Assembly: GCF_963921235.1 (NCBI RefSeq)
Contig: NC_086097.1
Location: 7,564,001-7,628,000, forward strand
Direction of reading: 5' to 3'
DNA length: 64,000 nucleotides
DNA from: Mobula hypostoma
Lineage: Eukaryota
Under the pieces are notes generated by a model. The model had not been told where the DNA came from, searched no databases, and was given only the letters and a program-made list of their open reading frames with translations. Each line of letters opens with the position of its first letter. Position 1 is the stretch's first letter. A program made the translations under genes and the position numbers. This document shows, in pieces, positions 50,988-63,494 of the stretch.

Positions 50988-52395
50988 CCATACGACCATA
51001 AGACCATAAGATATAGGAGCAGAAGTAGGTTATTTAGCCCATTGAGTCTGCTCCAGCATTCAATCATGGGTTGATCCAATTCTTCCAGTCATCCACATTC
51101 CTCTGCTTTCTCCCCATACCCTTTGATACCTTAACTAATCAAGAACCTATCTATCTCTGCCTTAAATACACCCAATGACTTGGCCTCCACAGCCACTTGT
51201 GGCAACAAATTCCACAGATTTACCACCTTCTGACTAAAGTAATTTCTCTGAATCTCAGCTCTAAATGGACGTCCTTCAATCCTGAAGTCATGCCCTCTTG
51301 TCCTAGACTCCCCTATCATTGGAAATAACTTGGCCATATCTAATCGGTTCAGGCCTTTTAACATTCCAAATGTTTCAATGAGATCTCCCCTCATCCTCCT
51401 GAACTCCAGGGAATACAGCCCAAGAGCTGCCAAACATTCCTCATATGGTAACCCTTTCATTCCTGGAATCATTCTCGTGAATCTTCTTTGAACCCTCTCC
51501 AATGTCAATATATCCCTTCTGAAATAAGGAGCCCAAAATTGCACAGAATACACCAAGTGTGATCTCATGAGTGCCTTATAGAGCCTCAACATCACATCCC
51601 TGCTCTTATATTCTATACCTCTAGAAATGAATGCCAACATTCCATTTGCCTTCTTCACAACCAGGTCCCTTTGCATCTCTGCATTTTAATTCTCTCCCCA
51701 TCTAAATAATAGTCTGCCCGTTTATTTCTTCCACCAAAGTGCATGACTATGCACTTTCCAACTTTGTATTTCATTTGCCTCTTCTTTGTCCATTCCCTAA
51801 ACTATCTAATTCTCTCTGCAGACTCTCTGTTTCCTCAACACTACCCATTCCTTCACCTAACTTTGTATCACCGGCAAATGTAGTCACAAATCCATTAATC
51901 CCACAGTCCAAATCATTGACAGTCATCGTAAAAAGCAGAGGTCCAAACATTGGCCCCTGTGGAAAATCACTGGTAACCGGTAGCCAGCTAGAATAGGATC
52001 CCTTTATTCCCACTCTGTTTTCTGCCAATCAGCCAATGCTCCACCCACGCTAGTAACTTCCCTGTAATTCCATGGGCTCTTATCTTCCTAAGCAGCCTCA
52101 TGTGTGGCACCTTGTCAAAGGCCTTCTGAAAATCCAACTACACCACATCTACTGTATCTTTGTCTACTCTGCTTGTAATTTCCTAAAAAAAAGTTGCAGT
52201 AGTTTGGACAGGCAAGATCTTCCTTGCAGGAAACCATGCTGGCTTTGGCCTTTCTTGTCATACGCCTCCAGGTACTGCCTAACCTCATCCCCAACAATCG
52301 ATTTCAACAACTTCCCAACCACTGATGTCAGGCTAACAGGTCTATTGTTTCCTTCCTGTTGCCTCCTACCCTTCTTAACTAGTAGAATAACATTT
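50988..52395 (-). mobile_element. CR1 ORF2 3' fragment
   Basis: ORFs 52164..52442, 51771..52028 and 51131..51676 are consecutive RT pieces; cataagac tail. Confidence 0.87.
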
Positions 52396-52553
52396 CCTGT
52401 TAATATTATTAAATATCCAAACAACTGTTGACATATATTCATTGTCTAATTCAAATCCATCTACTTATCCAACTGAAGTGGTCTGCCAAGCAACAAATCA
52501 TTTCTGACAACTCAGTTAAGGCAAATTTCAGGAAAGTTCAGGAGTAGGAGGAA

Positions 52554-53199
52554 AAGATGGTGTTGTGACGCAGCTTGCAGCAGCCACTCCAGTGATGATA
52601 TCTGTTATCTGTCAAGTAGGGTGCTGTGCACAATCCTGGAGACAGACATGAGAGCACAGAGGAACATCTGGTGAAACTTCTGAAATGCCTGCTTTGCTGC
52701 CACTGCTACTGTGTGATCCAGAATCTCCGGAGGGGAAGGCTCCAAGTCCTTGGCTTTGCTTGTTGCTCGGTAGCCGGGGTGAGGTCGAAGCGTTCGGCAG
52801 AGATGGTGCTCAGTGCTCGGTGTCGGAGGGCTGGTCGGAGGTTCGAAGTTCTCGGACGGACTCAGAGTCGGCTGTGGCCGGGTGCTTCCAATGCATTGGC
52901 AAATTTGCAGTGCTTGGAGGTTCACGGCAGGGAGAGTTTCTCCCTTCTGCCGTCTGCGTGAGATGATGAGGCTATCGGGACTTGAGACTTTTTTTTACCG
53001 TGCCCATGGTCTGCTCTTTATCAAATTACGGGATTGCTTTGCACTGTTGTAACTATATGTTATAATTATGTGGTTTTGTCAGTTTTAGTTTTGGTTTGTC
53101 CTGTATTTCTGTGATATCTTTCTGGAGGAACATTGTATCATTTTTTAATGCATGCATTTCTAATTGACAATAAACAAGGGCTGTGTCCTCATAATCTAA
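52554..53199 (+). mobile_element. Family C copy
   Basis: Starts aagatgg; aligns end to end with 33207-33893. Confidence 0.75.
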
Positions 53200-53271
53200 A
53201 AAATCTTAAAAAAAAGTTCTTTCTTTAATCTTCAATCCACTCTTATTTTTTTGCAGACAGTATTATATTGT

Positions 53272-53372
53272 ACACTCACAAAATGCTGGAGGAACACAGC
53301 AGGTCAGGTAGCATCTGTTGAAATGAATAAACATTTGGTGTTTCAGGCCAAGGCCCTACATCAGGACTGGAC
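53272..53372 (-). mobile_element. Single-arm Penelope pLTR fragment
   Basis: cacaaaatgctggaggaacacagcaggtcagg...tttcaggccaaggccctacatcaggact. Confidence 0.6.
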
Positions 53373-53464
53373 TGTATTGTATTTTTCTTTAATGAGGACT
53401 TTATTGTTCATGAGATTTTAGTACTGGGTCATTAACAAATTCTCCAATGCCTCATCCCTATCCA

Positions 53465-54040
53465 TTCTTACATTGCTTACGCTGTGGTAATAGACTGCAT
53501 CATGACCTGCTATGGAAACACCAAATCCTTTGAATGAAAAGGTCCTACAAAGGTTAGTGAATTTGGCCTAGTACATCATGGTTAAAACCCTTCTGACCAT
53601 TGAGCACACCTACATGAAACACTGCTATTGGAAAGCAGCATCCATCAACAGAGATCCCCACTACCCAGGACATATTCTCTTGTAGCTGCTACCATCAGGC
53701 AGAAGGTACAAGAGCTTTAGGATTCCCACCACCAGGTTCAAAGACTACCCCTCAACCATCAGGTTCTTGAACACTTGCCCCATCATTGAAATGTTCCTAC
53801 AACCAATGATCTCACATTAAGGACTCATTATTTCATTATCTCATGCTCTCAGTATTAAATGTCATTTATTTATATTTGCATTTGCACAGTTTGTTGTCTC
53901 CTGCATTCTGGTTGATCTTTCATTGATCCTGTCATAGTTACCATTCTAGAGATTTGCTGAGTATGCTCAGAAGCAAATTAATCTCAGGGTTGTATATGGT
54001 GATATATAGGTACTTTGATAATAAATTTACCTTGAACTTT
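53465..54040 (+). mobile_element. Rex1/Babar-type 3' end
   Basis: aaagcagcatccatc...ccatcaggcagaaggtaca...accaccaggttca and aataaatttaccttgaact tail. Short copies of the same UTR occur at ~95-430, 4070-4490, 13195-13416, 17340-17670, 20580-20990 and 37625-37930. Confidence 0.65.
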
Positions 54041-54045
54041 ATCTT

Positions 54046-54048
<3 letters not shown>

Positions 54049-54087
<39 letters not shown>
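54049..54087. repeat. (GT)n microsatellite
   Basis: Uninterrupted GT run of ~38 bp. Confidence 0.95.
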
Positions 54088-54092
<5 letters not shown>

Positions 54093-55534
54093 CTATAGGC
54101 AAGGAGGCAAGGAAATGACCATCAATGGTATTAAAAACCTTTCTGATCCATAAAAGTGACAGCTACTATCTGTCGTTGATGTTCTTTTCCACATCTACAC
54201 CAATGCACTGGCGATGCAGAATGAAAGAAGCAGAGGGGGCCGCAGGGTCTGTTGGGGAATAAAAAAAAATGAAAACAATGAGCCCAGGATTGAGGGTAAG
54301 TGCAATAATGCAAAATAAATTCAAATGCTCCACAAAGAGCTTTCCTTTCACAATACATCTGTAAAATAAGAACTATTGACAAAGTTCCAGGTCTCAGATT
54401 TTATTTTGTTCTGACCAGGTTCCAATCTGTCACACTGAAGACTTATTTCTTTAAATGTGCACCTCGGCCGATTTCACAAACACAAACAGATGCCTGACTT
54501 TGAGATTTGATTCCTCACTTCTGATTAGCATCTCAGGAAGAAAACTGGAAACGGAGCGAGAACAAGACTCCATTAAGGCAGTAATAGCACTGAAAGTGAA
54601 GCCTGGAGCTGAGAATATGGAGGTTAACCTTTTTACAACAGCGTTGATTTGCCCATTTCTTTTTAAATAGAGAAAGCCATTTGAAGTAGAAGTTGTTTGT
54701 CAATGTGCTGAGTACCAAGTACACTAATATCCTATAGCCATTTTAAGCCTTTTATCGTCTATTCATGTGGCAATGGTTTCCAGCCTCTGCCTTGTCAAAC
54801 AGGTAGCCATCAACAAAAAGCTTTTCAGTATTTCAAGACAAAATGATTCTGTGGATTGCATAGTAAATTTTGTTCTACTCATGAAAATATCCAAGGCTTA
54901 ATCGCCTTTATAATGTAAATTGTACATAAGGAGACAGTACAAAAAGCTTATTGTTTTTTATGATCCATCACAGGTGATATTTAGTTGCACACAAGAATTC
55001 TTTGTCTCTTTTTGTTAATAGAATAACATTATTTTTGAAGAATTAAAGCTGTTTGCAGACTGCCAAACACATGTTAGCAGCACTCTTAGATAAAAGAAAG
55101 TCAAGGAAGATTGAAATGCAATTGCTCAGCTTATCAAAGCTTCCATTCAGAAACAGAAAGGAAAAAGTTATGATTATCCAGACGGTCTTTATTAGTGAAG
55201 TTAAATCTTTTTCCCAGTCGTCATCTGCCTAAACCCACAGGGGCTGCACATTCTTAACATATCTCTGCAAAGTGTTTGATAAGAGTTGATTCATCAATCA
55301 GAAAAGACACAAATGGATCGAAGAACACAAGCCTGGGGTATGTTTTTCCTCTTGATGCATGTCAACTGCCCCCATTCTGTCAAAGCAAAGGTCAAGGTAA
55401 CCTTGACATCTGGGGAAACTTGTGTTATTAAAGATTATAAGTTTCTTCATTTCTTTTTGAGGCTGTGAAAGATTGGTCAATATCGTACATCAGTTTGAGA
55501 AAATCATTGCGCTAGGGAAAGGGCATGCAATAAG

Positions 55535-56365
55535 AAAGGACTTGGACAGATCAGGAGACTGGACAAAAAATGGCAGATGGAATACAGTGTTGGGAAGTGT
55601 ATGGTCATGTACTTTTGCAGAAGAAATGGAAAGGTTGATTATTTTCTAAAAAGGGAAAATGCAAAAAACTGAGACACAAAGGGATTTGTGAGACCTTGTG
55701 CACAATTCCCTAAAGGTTAATTTGCAGGTTGAGTCAGTGGTGAGGAAGGCAAATGCAATGTTAGCATTTATTTCAAGGGGACTAGAATATAAAAGCAAGA
55801 ATGTAATGTTGAGAATTTATAAAGCACTGGTGAGGCCTCACTTGGAGTATCGTGAGCAGGTTTGAGCCCCTTATCTTTGAAAGGATGTGCTGAAACTAGA
55901 GAGGGTTCAAAGGAGTTTCAGAAAAATGATTCCAGGACTGAATGGCTTGTCATATGAAGAGTATTTGATGGCTCAGGGCCTGTATTCAGTAGAATTCAGA
56001 AGAATGAGGCGTGACCTCATTGAAACCTATCGAATGGTGAAAGGCCTTGATAGAGTAGACGTGGAGAGGATTTTTCCTATCGTGGAGGACACAACCTCAG
56101 AATAGAGGAGCATCCTTTTAGAATAGAGATGAGGAGGAATTTCTTTAGCCAGAGGGTGGTGAATCTGAGGAATTCTTTGCCACAGGCAGCTGTGGAGGCT
56201 AAGTCCTTATATATATTTAAGGCAGAGATTGACAGATTCTTGATTGGTCAGGGCATGAAGGGATACAGGGAGAAGGCAGAAGATTGGAGCTGAGAGGAAA
56301 ATTGGATCAGCCATGATGAAATGGCGGAGATGACTCGATGGGCCAAATTCCTAATTCTGGTCTTG
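55535..56365 (+). mobile_element. CR1 3' fragment
   Basis: LERVQRSF...DLIETYRMVKGLDRVD; CR1 3' UTR. Confidence 0.83.
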
Positions 56366-56367
56366 AT

Positions 56368-56872
56368 CTAATCGATGTTGCATCCTGGCTGTCTAGATAC
56401 ACAAGCCTGGGCAGTATGATATGGAGAGCAAGCTGTTGCCCATGTAACATGCTCCGCCTCTCCACGCGTCTGATGAACCCAAAGGAAAGGCGGAGTCTAA
56501 TACAGTTTGGTACCAGCAGCATTGAAGAAGTTGCCAGTCAGTGTTCAACTCAATGTAGCTCTGCCTTAGGGACACCAGCTCCGGATTTTTTCCTCGTAGT
56601 TTACTTCCGGAGCCTTCTCCGTGAGTGGGTACAGCTGCAAGGCAGCAGAGGTTTGAGATCAGAGTTTTCCTTCTCCTAGATGAGCTGCCAACCACGGCTG
56701 TCGAGCCCCTTCTGCCCAAAGCAATTGTTATTAAGGCACCAGTAACCCTCCTTTGCCCTTTCTCCTGTCAGTAGAAACAGATCCACTGGGCTCAATAACT
56801 GAGCCATACATGGAGGTCTGGAGCTGGATTTGGATGTCAGAGGCTATTTAAGGTGTATGCCATTGGGAGGAT
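56368..56872 (-). mobile_element. Family A copy
   Basis: Aligns with 5105-5655. Confidence 0.65.
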
Positions 56873-56924
56873 TTCACCAAGATTGCACAGACAATTTTCT
56901 GTGAATCAACTGGCTATAAGTATA

Positions 56925-57172
56925 AACACAGGATATTTCGCAGATGCTGGAAATCCAAAGTAACACACACAAAAAGCTCGAGAAACCCAGCAGGTCGGTC
57001 AGCATCTATAGAAATGAATAAACCATCAATGTTTTGGCCAAGACCCTTCATTAGGACCTGACGACATTGCAGAGAGTCCTGATGAAGGGTCCCGGGCTGA
57101 AACGTCAACTGTTTCCTCCCCCTCCAAAATGCTGCCTGACCAGCTTAGTTCCTTCAGCATTTTGTGTATGTG
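56925..57172. mobile_element. Penelope-derived fold-back insertion (older)
   Basis: Diverged inverted arms; plus arm agtc-CTGATGA-agggtcccgggct-GAAA-C-GTC. Confidence 0.7.
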
Positions 57173-57699
57173 ACTTAAGTGTGCAAATCATGGTGGAATG
57201 CTGTTTAATTAGGACATTGCCCAGGTAGTGCGGATAAGGAAAATTTCCAATACGTAGCACTTGATTCTCAAATTCATTTATCGGCCAAGATGGGTAGTCA
57301 ATCGTCAAGCGCACTCCAGTGTATCACCAGAACAATATGAGAAATGAGTGAATCATTGAATGAATTCTTAGTTTCCACTGTTAGGAACAACATTTTCTAA
57401 AATATTATAGAAGCAATGTATTCTGGAATATACTGTATGAATAATATAATCAAAAAGCAAAGAATTGTCCACCACTCCCCCATCACTACATTTACCAACT
57501 GAATATCAGACAGTTACCACCATGTATTTTGGTATTATATAGGAGTAATTGAATATACTGAGCCTTAAGGTAGAGTGAATCCATTGTCTCTATTCCTCTG
57601 AATTCTTATACCAAATTTACAGAGCTCCTGCTCCTCTTGAAGTTTTAAGTCACAGTCTTATGTCTTTTTATTGTGTGTCTTTGGTCCTTGAATTACATG

Positions 57700-58230
57700 G
57701 GACATTTTGCAAATTGATGTTTGTTGTGGTGTTTGCCGAGCTGGCAATTAGCTTGCAGACGTTTAATTGCCAGTGGAGGTGACATTCTCCGTGTACAGTT
57801 TTTGTTATATTTCTCTGCGAGTGCTCGTGTTTATATAGGCCCCCTGATTGGCTACCCTTTCAGTTCATCTTTGAATTCCGTTGGCTCGCGATTCTTTGGC
57901 TCTTCAGGGTTCATAGATGGTGCCTATTTCTATGTTTGTTTACGGATTTATCAGGAGAGAACCATGCTTCTAAAAATTCTTGTGCTTGCTTCGTGTTTGC
58001 CTATGGCAGAACCTCCACAAATGACCAAACTGCTCGATATTCTCAACTTTCAAATCTAGTAGCACTGCAGAATTCCAAATCTGAAGGACAGCACTGCAGA
58101 ATTCTATCACTTTAACTGTCCTGATGAAAGTATCTATTTGTCTGTATGTTGTCAAGTTCTAATCCCAGAAAGAAAACTGTCACATTTTCTATCCCACCCA
58201 TTTTGGCTGCATCGAAAACCATCACAAATG
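57700..58230 (-). mobile_element. Second Penelope family: GIY-YIG C-terminus plus pLTR
   Basis: Minus strand AQEFLEAWFS...VNKH motif; pLTR with decayed hammerhead (gagaatgtcacctccactggcaattaaacgtctgc). Confidence 0.6.
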
Positions 58231-61065
58231 CAATAGACCAGAGTTCTAGTGCTCTTTACAGCACAGTCCTGAAGGTAATATAACCACAGCCAGAGATTAT
58301 TGGTTAGAAAGTTAAAGTCCTACTGTGAAGAATGAATGGGAGTGAGATGAGAGGGATATTGTACTCAATTATCTGTTCGTACAGACTGTCGTCAGTGTTA
58401 TTGATCATCACTACAACCCTGATCACAATCTTTTCCCTGCCCTTAATCACTGTTGGATATCCAGCTGCAGAGGTTAATAGATTCTGGTGAAGGAATTAAG
58501 GGTTACAGGGAGAAGGTACTATAATGGGGATGATGTCCTTAATGATGGACTTCTGCACTGAGAAATAGGCTTCTCCCTTCTCCTTGAGGGACGTGCAACT
58601 TGTCAGATGGGATGCCGAGAGCCAGCAACTTTTCTTAAAAGACACCAATTCAATTCTGCGGGGGATACAGAAAACTCTTCCTCTTGAGTTTTTCAACCCT
58701 ATGAATAGAACTCACCTCCAAGCTAAAATCTAGGACATTATATTTACTTTTTATGGACACATACATGCTTATGCACTTCAGCACTTATTTGCACGATTGT
58801 TGTTTTAATATTGAAATACATTTTACATTTTTTTGCAACACCATCATTATTAAGTTCATACTGAAGCATAGCATGAAGCTGAACAAATTGTCAAATCAGG
58901 AGTAAAGATAACATTAGCTTAATAACACGATAAGATGCCGTTTAGTTCCCAAAATAATCTAGCTACTTGTACCTGAGATCACAAAGGCTACAGCATGAAA
59001 TTGCAGACTGTCCTACATACAAAGGAATCTCAGAAGAGAAAGAAAAAAAATTTAAAAAAAACACCGGGATATTCTACTTGTGATATTACTTTTAATTTCA
59101 AAATGGCTTTCATGATCAATTTATGATTTTACAGAAGATGATTATGCTATTGCTGCATGCATTCGACATTGCATAAGTACCCTCGAAAGCTGCAGTTTTT
59201 CTGTTGGGTATACAGGTTACAGAAATACTCAAGTCAAACATTAGAATAAAAGTTCAAAGTAAATTTTATTATCAAAGTCCATATATGTCACCATATACAA
59301 TCCCGAGATTCAGTTTCTTGTGGGCATACTCAGCAAATCTATTGAATAAAGTTTCAAAGTACATTTAATAACAGGGAGTATGTATCCAGTACACAGCCTT
59401 GTCCTCTTCACAGACACCCACGAAATAAAGAAACCCTGCAGAATGACAGAAAAACTTGAAGGCCCAAAAGCCTCACTCCCTTTACACAAGCAGCAGCAAA
59501 AAGCATCGAACCCTCCACTCCACCCCACACACGCCATCTGAATCACCATCCAAGCAGCAGCAGAAGCCTTAGAGAGTCAATGATCCCAAATCCATCAAAT
59601 TACAGTCCACAACCCAGCACTTCAGAATCTCAGACAGACTCTTTGTCCTGTGAGGGAGAGAGAAGTAAAGAGGTCACTCTTGCAACAATAAGAGCGGAGA
59701 CCAGCAACTTGCTGTTCTGATGTTAAGATCTTCCAAGTCGCTTTTCCAAGTCCCCCACCACCCCCCTGCACTGTCCTAAGGACCAGCAGGCTCTCTTTCT
59801 CAATTAAAAGTGTATTAACTATAACAGAATCAATAAAAGATCAATCAGAGTGCAGAAGACCTTAAACTGTGCAACTCCAATGATAAATACATAGCTATAA
59901 ATAATGCGGACATGAGATAACAAGATAGAGAAGTTCAAGTGAGATCATTGGCTGTGGGAAGATCTCAGTGGATGGGCAAGTGAGTTACCCCTTTTGTTCA
60001 AGAGCATGGAAGTTGTGGGGTAGTAATTCTACAATCACTGGTAACTATTCGTGGATTAGTAAGCCATTCTTCTGAATCTTATCAAGTACAAGATACAGCA
60101 GCAGCCTATTGAGTTTGCTCTACCATTCAGTCACGCCTTATATTTCCCTCAACCTCATTGCCCTCCCTTTTCCATGTAACCCTTACCCACCTCACCAATT
60201 AAAAACCTTTCAAGCTCTGCCTTAAATACACCCAATGACTTGGCCACCACAGCCTTCCCTGGATCCACCACCCTCTGGCTAATGAAATTCCTCCTTAATT
60301 CAGATTTAAATGAACATTCCTCATTGTGAGGCTCTCCTACTAATGGAAACATCTTCTCAATGTCTACTGTATCCAGGCTTTTTAATATCCTGTAGGTTTC
60401 AGAGATGCCCCACTTATCCTTCTGAATTTCATTGAAAACAGGCCCAAAGCTATCATGTCTGATATGTTAATCATAGATCTATAGAAAAGTACAGCACAGA
60501 AACAGGCCTTTCAGCCCATCTAGTTACTGCTAAACCATTTAAACTGCCTGTTCCCATTGACTTGCACTCAGACCATAGCCCTTCACACCCCTACCATCCA
60601 TGTGCCTATCCAAACTTCTCTAAAAAATTGAAATCAAAGTCACATCCTCCACTTACACAGGCAGCTCATTCCACACTTTCACAAATCTCTGAGTGAAGAA
60701 GTTTTCCCTCATGTTCTCCTTAAACATTTCACATTTTACCCTTAACTTATGACCTCTAGTTGTGGTCTCTCCCAATCTCAGTGGAAAAAGCCTGCTTGAA
60801 TTGACCCTTATCTGTCCAACTCATAACTGTGTATACCTCTACCCAATCTCCTCTCATTTTTCTATGTTCCAAGGAATAAAGTCATAACCTTTTCAACCTT
60901 TCCTTATAACTCGGGTCCTCCAGACCCAGCAACGGCTTTGCAAATTTTCTCTGTACTCCGTCAACCATGTTTACATCTCTCCTGTAGGTAGGTGACCTAA
61001 GCTGCACACATTACTCCAGATAAGGCCTCACCAATGTCTTCTACGTCTTCAACATAACATCCCAT

Positions 61066-61185
61066 CCCTTACTCACTCTTCCTTCAGTTAGTCCTGAAGA
61101 AGGGTCTCGGTCTGAAACGTCGACTGCACCTCTTCCTATAGATGCTGCTTGGACTGCTGCGTTCACCAGCAACTTTGGTGTATGT
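61066..61185 (+). mobile_element. Single-arm Penelope pLTR insertion inside a CR1
   Basis: Splits CR1 sequence aacataacatccca|tcctgtactc; closely matches the arms at 40360 and 63315. Confidence 0.75.
61090..61125 (+). ncRNA. Minimal type I hammerhead ribozyme motif (Penelope-associated)
   Basis: Stem I AGTC/GACT; core CTGAAGA; stem II AGG-gtctcgg-TCT; GAAA; palindromic ACGT in place of stem III; GTC cleavage triplet. Confidence 0.65.
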
Positions 61186-63414
61186 TTCCTGTACTCGATA
61201 CTTTGATTTATGAAGGCCAATGTTCCATAAGCTTTTTCTTAATGACCCTATCTACCCGTGATGCCACTTTCAAGGAATTATGGACCTGTATTCCCAGATC
61301 TCTCCATTCAACTGCTCTCCTCAGTACCTTACCGTTCACTTTTCAATTCTAAGGATCATTCTTATGAAGCTTCTCTGGAACCTCTCATGAGTCAGCACAT
61401 CTTTTCAGATTCAGGTTGACTATCATTGAGATAGGTCATGAAATTAGTTTTTTCAGCAACAGTACAGTGCAATGCACAAAAATGAATAAATATAACCTGC
61501 CGGTCTCAGTATCAAGTTCCTCATATACCGTACGTGATGTAAAATGGATGGAATGGGCAGATGTACTATGGACCAGAGGGCCTCAGAGGTGCTATACTAA
61601 TGACAGAGAGAGGATTTATTAGGGTGCATTTCATTGGCTTTGTATCTGTACTCGGCACAATGACAATAAAATTGAATCTAATCTCATCTAATTTTTGTGC
61701 GTGTCATATAAGAGCACAATAACTTGAGATTCTTAAGGTAGCAATTAGGGTAGTGAAGTGCAGGTCGATGAGTGTAGGCAGTTTAAATGGATTGACACAG
61801 ACTAGATGGGCCAAAAGGCCTGTTTCTGTGCTGTACTTTTCTGTGACTCTGTACGACTCTGCCAAAGGAGGTATAAGGCACTTCTTCACTCCGCTAATTT
61901 GCAGGTCACCCTCGAGCAAGATGTAGCACCTGCTTAGCGCTCCACCCCCCCCCCACTGATCAGGGTCACATGAAGTCATGGGATCAAGTGGTGGATGGTC
62001 TTATGAGTAGCTGATGAACATCATAAATTCTGGTCTTGCGACCACTGACGCCAGGCAGACAATCTCTGAAGAGTATTGATAATGGTTGGGTCACCTGTCT
62101 TGTAAAAACACTGCCCAGATGAAAGCAATGGAAAACCACTTCTAGAGAAAAATTTTCCTAGAATAATCATGACCATGATTGCCCATGTCATATGACACAG
62201 CACAAAATGATGATGACGGGTAATATATTCTCAGGGGTGTATGAGGTATCCAGAGAGGTGTGGCACGTCTGGTGAAGGGGCTTGTTGTGTCCATTCCAGG
62301 GAATCTTCACTCATCTTTGGACTTCACCAGACACTTATCTCTCACCTATGGTTCCAAGTAGCTGTCTGCATGTGATCGCAGTACACTGGGTGCATCGCTT
62401 CCACAGGCGGGTTAAATCAGGTGAGATAGTCGGCAGGGGCCTGATAACCTGGTTAGATAGGGTCATGGAGCCTAGCATATGAAGCCTGATGAGCTAGGTA
62501 AATGAGATGTACAGTGTGGACCAATGGCCACAAAGTGGGTTCTGCAACCCCTCGTGGAGAATGAAAGGTGTGAAGGTGCAACTAAGGAAGGCCCAACTGT
62601 AATGACCTCTTGAACCAGTGGACCCAGACTTCTGAGGTTGAGAGAGTGGAACTGCCCATCGCAACAGTGTTTTTCATTTAAAAACTCTCGCACAGGTTTC
62701 CTGTCAGGCAACCTTTCAATATACGCTTTACAAAGAAAAAGAGGAAATAAAGTGTCCTGAAAGACGATAAAAGATTCATTTGTCCTCAACATGTGTGTCC
62801 GAGGAAGATTTGCTTCAGCCGCAGGGCTACATTAGTTTTTCTCATTGCTCTATTTGCTGCCCTCTCCCTCTGCTTTGTAATTGTTTATTAGCAATCTCAC
62901 AGACTGTGCCCAGAGTACATTGCAACAGCCCATTTAACTGTCTCATCTTTCCAAAGGCAGCTAATTTCTGCTACTGATGCTGGAAAGTAGTGTAATGGAG
63001 AGTCTGTATTACTTGCAGAAATGTAACACTCTGTAATCTGAGCATGCAGGCTGTTTGATAGATAACCGTAGAGATGGTAACCTGTAGAACATGCTTAAAA
63101 GTGGAAAACTCAATCTTTCTATGTTTACTAATGTCAGCTCAGTTCACAGAGTTGGCGAAGGCAATGATAGTTTTTACAGGAACTCAATTTTGTTGAAAGC
63201 CCAATTTGAGATTGAGACCAAATGACAATAGGGCTAAAAGACATAGGAACAAAATTAGGCCATTTGTTCTGTTCTGCCACTCCACCATGGCTAACTTATC
63301 AACCCTCTAAACCCGCAAACATCAGGAATTCTGCAGATGCTGGAAATTCAAGCAACACACATAAAAGTTGCTGGTGAACGCAGCAGGCAAGGCAGCATCT
63401 CTAGGAAGAGGCGC

Positions 63415-63449
63415 AGTCGACGTTTCAGGCTGAGACCCTTCGTCAGGAC
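63415..63449 (-). ncRNA. Minimal type I hammerhead ribozyme motif, intact core
   Basis: Minus strand gtc-CTGACGA-AGGgtctcagCCT-GAAA-C-GTC-gac. Confidence 0.65.
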
Positions 63450-63458
63450 CCTGACGTG

Positions 63459-63494
63459 AGTCCTGACGGAGGGTCTCGGCCTGAAACGTCGACT
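63459..63494 (+). ncRNA. Minimal hammerhead motif with a core substitution
   Basis: agtc-CTGACGG(A9>G)-AGGgtctcggCCT-GAAA-C-GTC-gact. Confidence 0.5.

Larger units (their letters stand above)
60085..61345 (-). mobile_element. Two adjacent CR1 3' fragments (60085-60460; 60472-61345)
   Basis: CR1 3' UTR signatures; the second matches the 5838-6395 subfamily and hosts a pLTR insertion. Confidence 0.75.
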
